Below are positions 19,591 through 31,088 of a stretch of DNA of 64,000 nucleotides, piece by piece (the first letter of the stretch is position 1; each line of letters begins with the position of its first letter). The stretch spans positions 32,001-96,000 of IMG/VR virus record IMGVR_UViG_3300036859_000864; one strand, 5' to 3'. The stretch is from a virus. Made by a program: the position numbers and the translations under genes. The notes under the pieces are model-generated. The model was not told the DNA's origin and did not search any database. It saw only the letters and a list, made by a program, of their open reading frames with translations.

Positions 19591-21342
19591 GGGTTCGCCG
19601 CAGGCCGCGCCGTAGTAAGAAGGCGCCGATTGCTCGCCCGCGCGTGCGGGGCGGTACTTGGCTCTCTAGGGCGGCTGAGGCGTATCACCTGAATTCACGA
19701 AGGCTCATCGGATCGATCTCGAGAGAGTGCGCGCTCGGAAATATCTCGAACGCCAAGGCGGCTCGATTGATCCGTCAGGTTGAGGGGCAGTGGAGCCGGA
19801 TGCACGACTTCTTGGACAAGGTGGGCGCTGAAATCGACGACGGGGTCTCTTGAACGGTGGAACTATGGCTCGCTCTTCCTCTCGTGGTGCCGTTTGCGGT
19901 CCTGCTCGTCTTGCTTCGACGAAGGCGGCGCTCGCGCTTTTGAAAGAGTGGCCTTTAGAGCGTCAGATGAAAGAAGGAGTCCTCGTGAAGCAACACATAC
20001 CGAAAAAGGACCCCCGTCGTCTTTCGAAACGTATCCGTTTCGCGAAACGTCATCGTCGGATGACGTTCAAGCAGTTGGAGGCTCGTGGCAAAGAGTTCGA
20101 GCGCATGGCATTCCAGAAGCGCTTCGAGCTTGAAGTATTTTACCGCGGACTCAGTCACAAGAAAGACGAGGCCATCGAGAAGGCCGCTAGGCGCCCCTCA
20201 GAGGGCTCTGGGATGATGATCGCGACGGAGCTCCGTGACATGCGCTTCGAGTTTAAATCGGAAGCCTCCGCGCTCGCCGCCGCCGGTCGGATCAAGGCGA
20301 CCGTGCGTGGCGCGCGTTGCATGCTCCGCAGCTCGAAGCGGGTCTGATCTTTTGGGGTGTCGACTCTCCGCGCCCCAGCCTCGACTACGTTGCAGCTAGA
20401 AACCTGGCGACGAACTCAGCCGCGTGCGCCTCGAGCTTCGCTTCGACCGTCTGTAGGAGCTGCTTCGTGTGTGGGGTCTCGGGCAGACGCCATCGAGCGC
20501 CGTCGTCGACGACCAGCTCGATGGCAGCGGCGCCCGAGTCGTCGAACACCTGCACGCGCCACTGTAAAATCTGGCATTCGTACACGGGGCCCTTGCGGGT
20601 GTGATGCGCCGTAGTCCACTGGATTTTCCCGTTGCGTGCTTGGAGCTCCAACGTCGATACGATTTTGACCCAGTCCTCGTGCGTTGCGCGTTTCGTCATC
20701 TGTCCCTCCCTAGTCATTCGACCATCGATACTGTTGCCACATCTCGTCGAGCCTTTTGACGAGACCTTCAAGCTCGGACGCCGCGCGTTTGAGGAGCTCG
20801 GCGTCTTCGGGATGTTTCTCAGCCAGTTCTCGAAGACTCGATGCTGTTTTGAGTTCGGGATCTCTCACTTCGCCGCCGGTTTCTTTGGGGGAGGTGGGGG
20901 CTCGTAGATTACAGCGCGGAACCCGTACTCGAAGACCTTCGCCTTCGAGTTCTTGGTCCACTCGGCCCAGCCTTCGAGCGGCTCTTTGAACAGAAGGTGC
21001 CGTTCGCCTTTCTTCGTGTCGATGACGACCCAAACCTGTTCCGGAACTCCGGACGGTACGAGGACGCTCACGGGCGCACCTTGCGCATCCCGCTCGCGCG
21101 GGTGGCAAGCTCGAGGCGGTCCAGGGTTCCGGCGAGTGACGGGTGAGTCAGTATGTCGAACGGAGAGTTCGGTTTGATTTCAGGTACCCACGCATCTGCG
21201 ACGACGCATGCGATCTGTTCGATCTCTTCAAGCTGTCGTATACGCACGAGTATAGGGCTTGGCGATACTGAGGGCGCGTGTCCTTGAATTTCGCACAAGT
21301 AGGATCGTCTCCCGAGAATCGTACACGGGCATTCTTTGATGT

Positions 21343-22029
21343 TCATGAGGTTTCTCGTTTCGCTGCGATCCGTTCGTAGCGCATGACTTTCACGCGCCAC
21401 TTCTTCTCGAGGGTCTTCGCGCGCTTCAATCGGGTCTCGGCGCGGGCGAGCATCCGCGCGGCGTGCGCGGCGCGCTGTTCGACGCGCTCGGCGGTCGCGG
21501 CCTTTTTCTTGGAGGCGCGTTCCTCTTCGGTTGAAAATACGCGCTTGGGGTAGTCAAGCCCTGCTCCGAGGGCGGTCTCGAGCCATGCGTCGAGCCTGTG
21601 ATCGAGCTCGTAGCAGAGCACGCGGCCTTTTTCGTTGGCGGGGTTCGGGTCGAGCTCGACGCCCCAGAGCTCCTTCGCCGCGCGCGCGAGGGTTCGACGG
21701 AAGCGCTCGTTGTGGTGCGTGCGCGAGGGCAGCGCACAGTGGACGAGCTCGTGAACGATGGTCTCGAGCACCCACGCGAGAGAAGCTGACGGTGAAACTC
21801 GGATTCGAGCGAGACGGTTGCCGTGCGCGAGACCACCGGTCGCGAACGCCGAGTACACGATCTTGACCTCCGTCTTCGCGATCGAGTACGGGCAGTCGTG
21901 GAAGACCGGCAGCGCTTTTACCTGCTCGACGAAGGCGGGGATGTCGAGTGGGAGCCATTCTCGAATCAGCCTTCGACGGTCACGGGCGACGCGATCTATG
22001 GCGGTGAGGTGGGAGTGGCGTGTTGTCAT
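21343..22029 (-). CDS. SprT-like zinc metalloprotease-domain protein
   Basis: TIVHELVH...HHNERFRR; start trimmed to 22029. Confidence 0.7.
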   Translation of the reverse strand: MTTRHSHLTAIDRVARDRRRLIREWLPLDIPAFVEQVKALPVFHDCPYSIAKTEVKIVYSAFATGGLAHGNRLARIRVSPSASLAWVLETIVHELVHCALPSRTHHNERFRRTLARAAKELWGVELDPNPANEKGRVLCYELDHRLDAWLETALGAGLDYPKRVFSTEEERASKKKAATAERVEQRAAHAARMLARAETRLKRAKTLEKKWRVKVMRYERIAAKRETS

Positions 22030-22655
22030 TGAATCCCTACGTCGTCGATCAAGAGGGTCACGGGTCCGGAAGCGTTCAACGCGAATCCGAAGATCTGGAC
22101 GTCTTTCGGAGCGAATCCTGGGGTTGATGGGGCGTCGAAATCGAACTCGAAGCACGTCCAGTCCCCTGGCGTGAGAGTGATGTCGCGATCGGCTCCGTAG
22201 TCGTTTCCGTTCGACACGTAGGCGAGCACGTTGAGGGGACCGCCAGCCTCGAGCTTGAGCCACACGGAGCCCCGGCGGCCTTGGAGGTCTCCTAGACTCT
22301 CTGGGAGCACGAGCCATCCGTGTGGCGCGTCTGGCGTCTCAAATCGAACGGCCCCGTCGGCGGCGTGTCCCTCCGGGCTCCAGGTCGCCGTTTCGAGGTA
22401 GGGTGGTCGGTACTCCCACTGCTCGAGGCTCTGATCGAAACCCCAGTGCCTCACCAGCCGTTCTCCGGAGCAGCCGAGCGCGGGCCCGGAGGGCGTGGTG
22501 CCGGCGTCTACGCCGCCCTCGCTCGGCGCCCCGCCATCTGGCATCGAGACGCCCCCCTCGGGCGCGGAGAGCTCGGCTTCGAGCCCCATCGGGTAGTAGC
22601 CGATACGCCCGCAACCGAGGGCGAGAAAGGCGGTCAAGAGGCTCATGCGGGGCAT
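22026..22655 (-). CDS. lipoprotein with carbohydrate-binding-like jelly-roll domain
   Basis: Lipobox ALGC-GRIGY, DGG/DAG linker, WGFD...W, ends LLIDDV. Confidence 0.6.
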   Translation of the reverse strand: MPRMSLLTAFLALGCGRIGYYPMGLEAELSAPEGGVSMPDGGAPSEGGVDAGTTPSGPALGCSGERLVRHWGFDQSLEQWEYRPPYLETATWSPEGHAADGAVRFETPDAPHGWLVLPESLGDLQGRRGSVWLKLEAGGPLNVLAYVSNGNDYGADRDITLTPGDWTCFEFDFDAPSTPGFAPKDVQIFGFALNASGPVTLLIDDVGIQ

Positions 22656-22660
22656 CGTGT

Positions 22661-22936
22661 TCAGTTTTCTCCTACCGGCTCGCATCGATCGGCGAACCAG
22701 CCGCACGATCCTACGCACCGGTAGTTGAACCACTTCCCTGCTATTTCGGTGGGCCCCGCTTGCCGTTGGTCGAGGGTTCGAGTGAGTTTCGAGCCGCACT
22801 TCGGGCAGACGCCGGCGTCGATCTTCGCGTCCTCGGCCTTCATGTCGCGAATCACGTCGTCGGCTTCGGCTTCGGATACCCCACCGGCAAGAAGACCGGC
22901 TCGGTAGTTGTCGTACTTGTCTTTGATCGCAGCCAT
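22661..22936 (-). CDS. zinc-ribbon protein
   Basis: CPKCG...C...CGW. Confidence 0.55.
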   Translation of the reverse strand: MAAIKDKYDNYRAGLLAGGVSEAEADDVIRDMKAEDAKIDAGVCPKCGSKLTRTLDQRQAGPTEIAGKWFNYRCVGSCGWFADRCEPVGEN

Positions 22937-23397
22937 CAACCGACCTCGAGCTCGGCGGGGAGCCCGATCTCCGGATCGTCGCGCACCTCGGGGAGCTTCT
23001 CGCCTCCGATTATCGGCACCCCACCCATTTGGATGCGCTGTACGACCCAGTATAGGATCCCCATCTTCTTGAGCCCGTGCTTCTTGCGCTCGCGGAGGTA
23101 GCGATCCATCCCTTCGCCGTCGACGACGCGCTTGTCGTTCGCCATTTTGCCCACCTCGCGGAGCACGACGATCACCGCTCCAGGGCACTCCTGTGCCTTT
23201 GCGCCGGTCTTCGCGCCGACTGCGACGTGATCCGGATGCGACGGGTCGGTCAGGTGGCAAGATTGCGGCTGCCCGCCCCCTCGAATCTGGTTCCAGAGAC
23301 GGCGCAGGTTCGATTTCTTGTAGAAGCCGAACTTGTGAGGCTTGCCGTGGTTCGATTTGCGCCACGGGCACTGCGCGCACGGAGTCGTTTTGCTCAT
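22936..23397 (-). CDS. DUF6283-like Cys-rich protein
   Basis: PCAQCPWRK...SCH...ECPG; paralog at 44915. Confidence 0.55.
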   Translation of the reverse strand: MSKTTPCAQCPWRKSNHGKPHKFGFYKKSNLRRLWNQIRGGGQPQSCHLTDPSHPDHVAVGAKTGAKAQECPGAVIVVLREVGKMANDKRVVDGEGMDRYLRERKKHGLKKMGILYWVVQRIQMGGVPIIGGEKLPEVRDDPEIGLPAELEVG

Positions 23398-23563
23398 CGT
23401 TTACCCTTCGTCGCCATCAGGAGGGCCTCGAGCTCGGCAACGCGCGCCTTCAACGGCTCGACTTGGGCGGCCTCCGCTTTCAAAGCCGTGACTTCGGCGC
23501 GGAGCTTCGTGATCTCGAGCTGTCGGCGCTCGAGGAGCGGGGTTAGTGTCTGACGTGAAGAGC

Positions 23564-23764
23564 TCATCGCTTCACCCGTGCGAGCTTGACGCCCTGTTCG
23601 AGCTTGTCGGCGCCTTGAGCGATGCAAAGACGCATGGCTTCGGAGCGTGTGATGGGGCTCACGCCCGGCTGCGACATGCGACCCGCGATCTTGTCGATGC
23701 GCGCGATCAAGGATTTCGGAAGACGGATTGCCGTCTGGATCTGCTGTTCTTGTTTTTCTGCCAT
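23564..23764 (-). CDS. ribbon-helix-helix regulator
   Basis: TAIRLPKSLIARIDKIA...TRSEAMRLCIAQG; paralog of 8913-9110. Confidence 0.75.
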   Translation of the reverse strand: MAEKQEQQIQTAIRLPKSLIARIDKIAGRMSQPGVSPITRSEAMRLCIAQGADKLEQGVKLARVKR

Positions 23765-25095
23765 TTGGTTCAATGTTCCTGTCGTCGTTTTGCGATTCTG
23801 GTTCGAGCCTCGGCCTCTTCGTCCTTGGCCATGTCGGAGGCCATCTTCGAGAGTTCGTGTAGGAGCGTAGCCGGTGACTGGTGCGGCTCGTAGGTCTTCT
23901 TGAGGCGAACGGTCACATCGACGAGCGCGATCTCGAGCACGTCTTTCCCGAAACCCTCGCGTCTGAGAGCCTCGATGACGAAGCTGAGGCGATCGGATGC
24001 TTCCATCACCTGCGCTACCTGATCCGGCGTGTGCGCGGCGCGCTTGGCGGAAGGTTTCGATCGCATGGGCCTTTGAGGTACCTCGATGCGATCTACGGCC
24101 TTCTTGCTGTCCCTGCGCCATTTCGCGCACTGAGCCGCGTGCTCGTAGATGCGCGCTTGCCTTTCGTCTCCGTTGCTTCGAGCGATTTCGGCTTTTGTCT
24201 CATCGATCGCGATGTCGATGTCGGCCTCGTTCGTTTTCATGCCGGATGTTGTCAGGATCGCCGGTACTCGACCCCCGGGGAGCTTCGACTCGCACGAACG
24301 GCAAAAGAAGATCGCCGCGGACGGTACTGGGTTCGAGCAGAACCGGCACGCAGGTTTGGGCGCGACGCTGGGGAGGCTCACGGCGAGTCCTTGCTGGCTT
24401 GAATGGTGGTTGAGGCTTGCCCGTAGGCGTCTTGGATGTCGCCTCCGAAGAACAACTGCGTGGCGTTCAGCCCCGTGGCTGCGTCTGGGGTCCTCACGAC
24501 TACCTGGAATTTGCCGGTAGGGCTCATTCGAGTGTCGTACGAGCACCTCGGGTTCGCGCGCATCCACTCCGTGAAGATCTTGAGCGTTCGCGCGGCAGCA
24601 TGCGCCATCACGATGTCGAGTTGCTCTTCGCGCGTAGGCATCGCGACAACCGTGAGCCCTCGCTTGTGGAGTTCTCGAACGAGCCTGGACGCGAGATCGA
24701 TGAAAGTCTCCTCGGGATCCTCCGCGAGGGCCTTTTGATCCGTCGCGGTGATTGAATCACGGAGGCTTGCTGCGAGATCACGTGCCGTACTGTTAGGGCG
24801 GCGCGCACTCCCTCCTGTTTTTGAGGCTTGATCGGACTTCTTGACGTTCATGATGCTGTGCTTTCGTTGTTTGGGAGTTTTCGGGCGACCCTGCGGCAGG
24901 CGGCACGGGCCCCCTTCTGGCTTTTGCTCGTGCCCCCTCGAATGAAACCCGTTTTTGAGTGCCCGACGCGCCAGTTCCAGACGCCAACGGGATCTTCGGT
25001 AATCACGGCGACGGTGCTGGTGCGCGCGTCGCGGGCCCACTCTTGGCGCGTCCACCAGTAGGTGAAGGCTTTTTCGAGCTTGGGGGCCCCACGGC

Positions 25096-25665
25096 TCATG
25101 CGGCCTCCAAGGCTTCGCTGTCGGTCGCCCGTAGAAGAACGACGGCGAGGAAGCCGATGACGAACCCGCCGATGTGGCAGCCGAAAGAGACGTTCCCGGA
25201 ACCCCCCGTGAAGGCGTTCCAGATGTTGAGGCCGGCGAACGCGGCCACGAACCCGAGGAGGCGGGGGTAGAGCGCCCCGGCCACGGCGAGGACCCCAAAG
25301 ATGGCCCCCGAGGCGCCCACGAGGGGGTCGGTTGAACCGGGGGCCACGAGGACGTGCGCGAGGCCCCCAAAGACGCCGGCAGCCAGGTAGAGGGCCAAGA
25401 AGCGGAGGTGTCCGAGGCGGCCTTCCACGAGGGTCCCGAAAATGGCCAAAAAAGCCATGTTTCCAACGATGTGGGTGAGGGCCCCCGGGTCGTGGAGAAA
25501 GAGGCTCGAGATGAGGGGGCTGAGGGCGCCCGTCGACATAAAAGACCTGGGGACCAGGCCGTACACCTCGCAGGCCGGCAGGCCGCCGGCACCGAGCTCG
25601 AGGGAGTAGGCCGCGACGTTGGCGAGGATGAGGGCGACAGTGAAGAGGGGCATCCGGGGGCGCAT
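25096..25665 (-). CDS. rhomboid family intramembrane serine protease
   Basis: SLFLH...HIVGNM, VE.RLG..RF..LYL..G, GASG catalytic Ser, HIGGF catalytic His; multiple TM helices. Confidence 0.93.
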   Translation of the reverse strand: MRPRMPLFTVALILANVAAYSLELGAGGLPACEVYGLVPRSFMSTGALSPLISSLFLHDPGALTHIVGNMAFLAIFGTLVEGRLGHLRFLALYLAAGVFGGLAHVLVAPGSTDPLVGASGAIFGVLAVAGALYPRLLGFVAAFAGLNIWNAFTGGSGNVSFGCHIGGFVIGFLAVVLLRATDSEALEAA

Positions 25666-25764
25666 GCGAGGTCTTACGCAGAATACCCCCTCCGCATCCC
25701 CCGGTCAAACAACAGAAACCGACGTCAACCAATCTTCCAGTTTGGGCGTAATTCGTATTTCGGT

Positions 25765-25809
25765 GGTTGACGAGGGGATACGAGGAGGGCATCTTGCGTA
25801 GGACCCGAT
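25765..25809 (+). promoter_or_regulatory. putative promoter of the plus-strand small-gene block
   Basis: TTGACG-17 nt-CATCTT at a strand switch; shares GGATACG with the promoter at 9111-9150. Confidence 0.4.
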
Positions 25810-26058
25810 ATGGCAACGCACTCGATGAACGAATACCGCCGGGCGGCCTTTCAGTTGATGGCTCGGCAGAATCGCCGTTTCGGCGGTGCGGGGCGCCCTA
25901 CGATGAAGACCTACTTCGAGGGCGACGTGATGGGTCGGGAGATGGCTATCACGCTGGCCCGTCTGGGCTGGCTGACGCGGCTGGCCGGGCGAAACGGTAG
26001 GCCGTCTCAGGTGACTCTAACCGATGCGGGGCTGTGGGTTCTTGGGGGCGCGTCGTGA
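25810..26058 (+). CDS. small wHTH-like protein
   Basis: LARLGWL...VTLTDAG. Confidence 0.5.
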   Translation: MATHSMNEYRRAAFQLMARQNRRFGGAGRPTMKTYFEGDVMGREMAITLARLGWLTRLAGRNGRPSQVTLTDAGLWVLGGAS

Positions 26059-26749
26059 GCACCGTCGAAGACAAGCAGGCCGAGATTCCGGACCTCTTGG
26101 CGCAAGCCAAGGCGCTCGTCGCGGCCCTGGAATGCGCCGAATCGTGCGAATCCGAATCGGACTTTCAGGACAACGTCAGCGAGGCGCTCTCGCTCGCTCG
26201 CAGCATGAGCGTGGATTTGATTCTGCTCGCAAAAGACGCTTGAAATGATCGAATTGGAGCTTCGGCGGCAAATCGAAAAAGTGGCAGTCGCCTACGAACG
26301 CTCGATCGAGACGGTCGAGGTGGCGTACTCGGGCGGACCGACTCAGGACGGCGGTTGGGGTTGGTCCGTTCGAGTCGCGGCTGTAACGAAGAAGCACGGG
26401 GCCGGTAGAAGGGTGCTGGCCTCGGCTAGTTTTGCTTGGCACGAGACGCTGGTGGGCGCCGTCGAAGAATCGATCCGCAAGGCCCCATTCTACAAGCAGG
26501 AGAAACCGTGAATCGCGTTCGGATCATCGTTCGTGCGTGCCTGTGCGGCCGAAAGGCGGCCGGGATAGACGAGTGCTACGGCAGCACCCGGGCGCGCGAT
26601 AGCGGCTTAGGGTGCCCATGGAGGGCATCGTTGATGCACCCGCTCGACGAGCCCGATGGGCTCCAAAAGCTCGCCCAGTCAGATCTTCCGGTTCGCGATT
26701 TCGCCGATCAGTAGGGGATGTTGTTGAGGCGCTTCGCGTAGGACAAGAC

Positions 26750-27034
26750 ATGGCCCAAACTGAACTCGAAGACCTGTCGCCTTCCCAGAAAGAGTACCTG
26801 CACCTCGCCTACGTGCTCCAGAAGGCGAATGGGTGCGTAGACGCTCGCGGACGCGAGAGCTCTTCCTTCAAGTCCGGGATGAGACGCCTTGTCAAATTCG
26901 CGCTCGCTACCGAGCGATTCTCAGGCGTGTTCGATTTGACGGTGCTCGGGTCTAGGATCGGAGCCGACATCGAGGCCCAACGCGCCGAAGCCAAACGTAA
27001 GCGCATCGAAGCACGTGCGAAAGAATCGATTTGA
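26750..27034 (+). CDS. small wHTH-like protein
   Basis: LSPSQKEYL...MRRLVKFALA...DLTVLG. Confidence 0.5.
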   Translation: MAQTELEDLSPSQKEYLHLAYVLQKANGCVDARGRESSSFKSGMRRLVKFALATERFSGVFDLTVLGSRIGADIEAQRAEAKRKRIEARAKESI

Positions 27035-28717
27035 TGGCGCATTTTCCCTCTCAGATCGACGTCGACTTCTACCTCTCAAAGCAGAAGTTGCCGGCATGGG
27101 CTCAGAAGGTTCAGGCGGCCCGAGAGGCCAAGTTGCAACGAGCCTCGTGGAGCGTCGATGCCGCAGAGGGGATCGAATTCATCGTGAATGCCCACGCGGG
27201 CGTTCGAGGCTCCGACGGCGAGCGCGCGGCGCACAACCTCTTGGCCATTGTTCGGGGCTACCGTCGAAGGAAGGTCGATCTGGGGGCCGAGTTGCGCCAG
27301 TTGTCGACCAACCCCGGATGCGCCATCAACCCGGAAAAGCGGGCCGCGTTCGCGAGGAAGTGGGCCAGGCGACTCGGGGCGATCTGAGGGAAGGTATTGA
27401 ATACCAGTGGGGTACAACTAGGCATGGCTCACCAAATCATCGGAAACGCGACCTCCGAAACTGTCACCCGCAGCGATATCGTCGAGCTCCGAACCGTGGC
27501 CAGAATGGCCGACGATGATGATATGGATGACATCTGTGGGAGGGCGCTCGAGGGCGACGAGGACTCGATCCGTCACTGCGAGCGCGCTATCGCTCACCTC
27601 GTTGTAGTAGGTCTGCCGTGATGGCATCCAAGGCCCCCGTCGTCTCTCGCCCGACTCTCATCGGGGTCGCCCCACCTCGAGCGGGTAGCGCCCCCGAGCC
27701 TACCCGGAGCCTGACCCCTACGGGGCGCTACCGGATGAAGCCGGCGACCGTCGAGACGACCAAGCCGTTGCCTCACCTGCACGGCTTTCGGTACTCGGAA
27801 CTCGAGTTCGAGCAGCAGGTGTTCCTTCGGAGATTAAAGTCGTGGGGTCTCGCCCGCGTGGTCGACAGGATCGTGCAGATCCGCAAGTCGGCCGACGTCG
27901 GCTACGAGATCCCGTACGCAGAGGCCGTAGCGACCGCGAAGATCTTCGGGTTCGAGGTGCGGTCGTGAGTATCGAGAAGACCTACCTCTCACGTAAAGGC
28001 CGTGAGCTTTTGCAGAATCGAAGGATTGTTGCGGGTCAGCGAATCTGGTCGGGCGACACCATCGACGGTTTCCTGGTCGTTTTCTGCGATCAAGTTGATG
28101 ACGGGTTCTACGCCACGCTCTTTGCCTCTCGCGAGAATGGTAGGATCGTTGCTCGTTCGCTTGGAGGCACGTGGCTCGGAGCGACTTACGACTTGGAGCC
28201 CTCGTTGATCGCGGTTTGGCTGGATGCGATAGCGAACACGGCCTTGGGGCAGGTGCGGGCGTGAGCCAGCTCGTCCCTGACTTCCAGTGGCGATCGATCG
28301 TCAAGGTGACCCTCCACGGTTACTCGGAGAGCTCTGGAATGAATGGGCGGCGCGCCGTGCGCTACATCGCTGTCATAGGTGACGACTCGGTCGATGCGGA
28401 AGTCCCGAAGCTCGGGCCTATTCTCCAAAGCGACGTCGGCGGATGCCTAGTGATCGATTTGCTCGAGGACGATCGTGTCGAAGTCTACATCGTCGGGACT
28501 CGAGGTTCGGATCGCTCATCGGCGCCGAAGGCGGCCGTATGAGAGCCGCAGCCAAGATCGATCGAAAGCTCCGCTCGACCGCCGACGAGGCCAGCAAGAG
28601 TTACGACCCCGACGCCCGCGCCATCGCGGCGGTGATGGTGAAGCACTACGGCGACGAATCGGAGGCTGTCCTCAAGCGCGCGGCGCTGTTCTTGGACGAC
28701 GCACGAAAGGCTAAGCG

Positions 28718-29335
28718 ATGAAGAAACAGGAAGATGAGTTCTACGAGATGACCGAGCAGGACGTCGGCAAGGCCGTTTACCAAATGATCGCAAAGAAGTG
28801 GCCCGATTTTGGAAGGGGCCCGGGGCCTATCAAAGCGTTCCCACCCGGAACCGCTATGACTCGCGATATCGGAAGGCGGATCTATCTTCGCAACGGGGAG
28901 CTGGACGTCGAAACCAACGGGGAGCGCGCTGAACGGCTCGCTTCGAGAGGGGAAACGATGAAAGACGAATTTCGAGAGATCACGCAAGACGACGTCGGCC
29001 TGGCGCTCTTCAAAGCTTTCAAGAAACATTGGGTGGTCGCCGACTTCATCGGCCGCATCACGTCGTTGGACGTCGGAAAGCGCGTGTTCTTGCGCGAGGG
29101 GGTCTTGCGGGTCGAAAGCAACGCCCAGCGGGCAGCTCGACTCAAGGATCCCCAAGCGGCCGTCGAGATCACCAAACTCGAAGCTGTGGGCCTCGTTCTG
29201 ACTACACTCCGAAATCGTCTCTCGCTCGTCAGTCGACCTCAGCGTGAGGAGGCCCTCGAGCTCTCGAAGAAATACGAAATCACCGCGGCAGATCTTGTCG
29301 AGTACGCCGTAGAGCAGGTGAAGAGGAATTCCTGA
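28718..29335 (+). CDS. protein with two tandem copies of a ~65-aa domain
   Basis: DEFYEMTEQDVGKA...DIGRRIYLRNGELDVETNGERAERL versus DEFREITQDDVGLA...DVGKRVFLREGVLRVESNAQRAARL. Confidence 0.75.
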   Translation: MKKQEDEFYEMTEQDVGKAVYQMIAKKWPDFGRGPGPIKAFPPGTAMTRDIGRRIYLRNGELDVETNGERAERLASRGETMKDEFREITQDDVGLALFKAFKKHWVVADFIGRITSLDVGKRVFLREGVLRVESNAQRAARLKDPQAAVEITKLEAVGLVLTTLRNRLSLVSRPQREEALELSKKYEITAADLVEYAVEQVKRNS

Positions 29336-29609
29336 TGAACTGGCTCTACGCCCTCGTGGCTCCTATCTTGTTCGCGGCGATCGTCTACAGATTCGGTCGG
29401 AAGTCGCTCTGCGAACGTATCGAGGAGCACCTGGCTCAAATCCAATTCGAGCACGCGCGTTGGGTGGCCATCTGCCTCGAGTGGACTCGCGGCAGGTACG
29501 ACAGAGAGGCCAAGATTGCGGCCGATCAAGTTGCCGTACTTCGGGGAGAGATCGACTTCTACAGACGTATGCTCAAACGGATCCGAAGCACTAGCGCGAA
29601 GGCTCGAAC

Positions 29610-29897
29610 GTGAAAACCGCGAAACTCAACCCCTCTCAGGCTTGGCATCTTCAATGGGTCGCCGCCGCGTACCCTGGGCCGTTTCGAGAGATCTCGCGCT
29701 CGGCTGCGATGAACTCGCTGGCGCGCAAGGGGCTTGCGACGAAACGCCCTGCCGACGGTGTTCGTCGTCATCGTGGTCGGACGGATCGTCTCGCGGACTT
29801 CAAGCTCACGAGCGAGGGCCTGAAGGCTCTCGAGACAATCGACTCCGATTTGTTCAAGCGCGTGAGCGCATTGGTCTGCACTTTGAGCGGGGTCTGA
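29610..29897 (+). CDS. small wHTH-like protein
   Basis: LNPSQ...AMNSLARKGLA...FKLTSEGLKAL. Confidence 0.55.
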   Translation: MKTAKLNPSQAWHLQWVAAAYPGPFREISRSAAMNSLARKGLATKRPADGVRRHRGRTDRLADFKLTSEGLKALETIDSDLFKRVSALVCTLSGV

Positions 29898-29901
29898 AAA
29901 A

Positions 29902-30291
29902 ATGTGGAACATGCAAATGTTTGGGCTCGCCGATTTCGCCATGCTGCACCAGCTCATCATGAACGAGAGGGTCTCGTTCAACCGAGCGTCCTTGCGTCAC
30001 GCGCACGCGGATTTGATGCAGAAGGCCGGACTCGTTGAAATCGAGGCGTTGCCGCAGAACGAGTGTCGAGTTCAAATCACAAGTGCCGGTAGAGTTCTCG
30101 CGAGCAAGGCGCACAGGCTCCTTTCTATCTGGTCATCTCAGCTCGCGGGGCACGACGAGCAGAGCTCCGCTTCGTTGCGGAAGGCGATTTCCGATGCCAA
30201 GGGGGCGCTCTCGCGGGCCTCGGAAGAGGTCGATGAGTTGGAGGCGGCGATGGCCGTTGCTCTCTCAACGCCGGAGCCGGAAGCGCTCTAA
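29902..30291 (+). CDS. wHTH-like protein
   Basis: LMQKAGLVE...VQITSAGR. Confidence 0.5.
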   Translation: MWNMQMFGLADFAMLHQLIMNERVSFNRASLRHAHADLMQKAGLVEIEALPQNECRVQITSAGRVLASKAHRLLSIWSSQLAGHDEQSSASLRKAISDAKGALSRASEEVDELEAAMAVALSTPEPEAL

Positions 30292-31088
30292 TGCCCTCCC
30301 CTCTTCGACGTAGAGGTTCCACCGGCGAGGACCGACGCCGGCGTCGGTATCCCGACTATCAAGCCCCCGCACGCATGCCACGCCCACCGACAGCGAACTC
30401 GAACGAAGGTCCGTACATCGACCCTCGAGACACGACACCGCTCACGATTGAGGAATCGAAGGAATACGCGGCGCTAGCGATGGCCGGGAACGTATGCGCC
30501 AGGGACCGCATGGTTGCCTCGTGCGAGGGGATGTTGATCATTTGGGCCCGCAAGTACGCACGTAGAGTGCCTCATCTGTTCGACGATCTACTCTCGGAAT
30601 GCCGCCTAGCGGTCGCTCAGTCTGTACCTCTCTACAACGCGGAGCGCGGCATGAAGTTCTCGTCGTACGCGATGTTCCGCGTGAGGAACATGTGTTTCGA
30701 GCTGGTGCGGTCGCAGCGCTGGACGATAAATCTTCCGATCGTTCGGACCTACGAAAAAGCGAAACAGTACGGAGGGCGCCTTCGTACCAGATCGACGATT
30801 ATCGCCGGCGAGGACGGCGAGGAGTTCGAGATGACGATCCCGTCGTGGGACCCGTCCCCGGACTTCTTGGAGAACGAGTGTCTTCGAAATGCGTACTGGA
30901 CGGTGCTCACAGATCGGGAGAGAGACATCATTGAGTCTCGTATGCGACGCGAGGAAACGTTCGAATCGATTGGGGCTCGGTACAATTTGAGCCGAACCAG
31001 AATCCAGCAGTTCGAGGCTGATGCGTTCGAGAAGCTTCGCGTGCACCTCATACGGCTCCCGGAGTTCAAGAAAAGAGCGCACCGATGA
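30291..31088 (+). CDS. phage sigma-70 family RNA polymerase sigma factor
   Basis: Region 2 (ARDRMV...ARKY...DDLLSE...YNAERGMKFSSYA) and region 4 (LTDRERDII...TFESIG..YNLSRTRIQQ.E..AFEKLR). Confidence 0.9.
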   Translation: MPSPLRRRGSTGEDRRRRRYPDYQAPARMPRPPTANSNEGPYIDPRDTTPLTIEESKEYAALAMAGNVCARDRMVASCEGMLIIWARKYARRVPHLFDDLLSECRLAVAQSVPLYNAERGMKFSSYAMFRVRNMCFELVRSQRWTINLPIVRTYEKAKQYGGRLRTRSTIIAGEDGEEFEMTIPSWDPSPDFLENECLRNAYWTVLTDRERDIIESRMRREETFESIGARYNLSRTRIQQFEADAFEKLRVHLIRLPEFKKRAHR

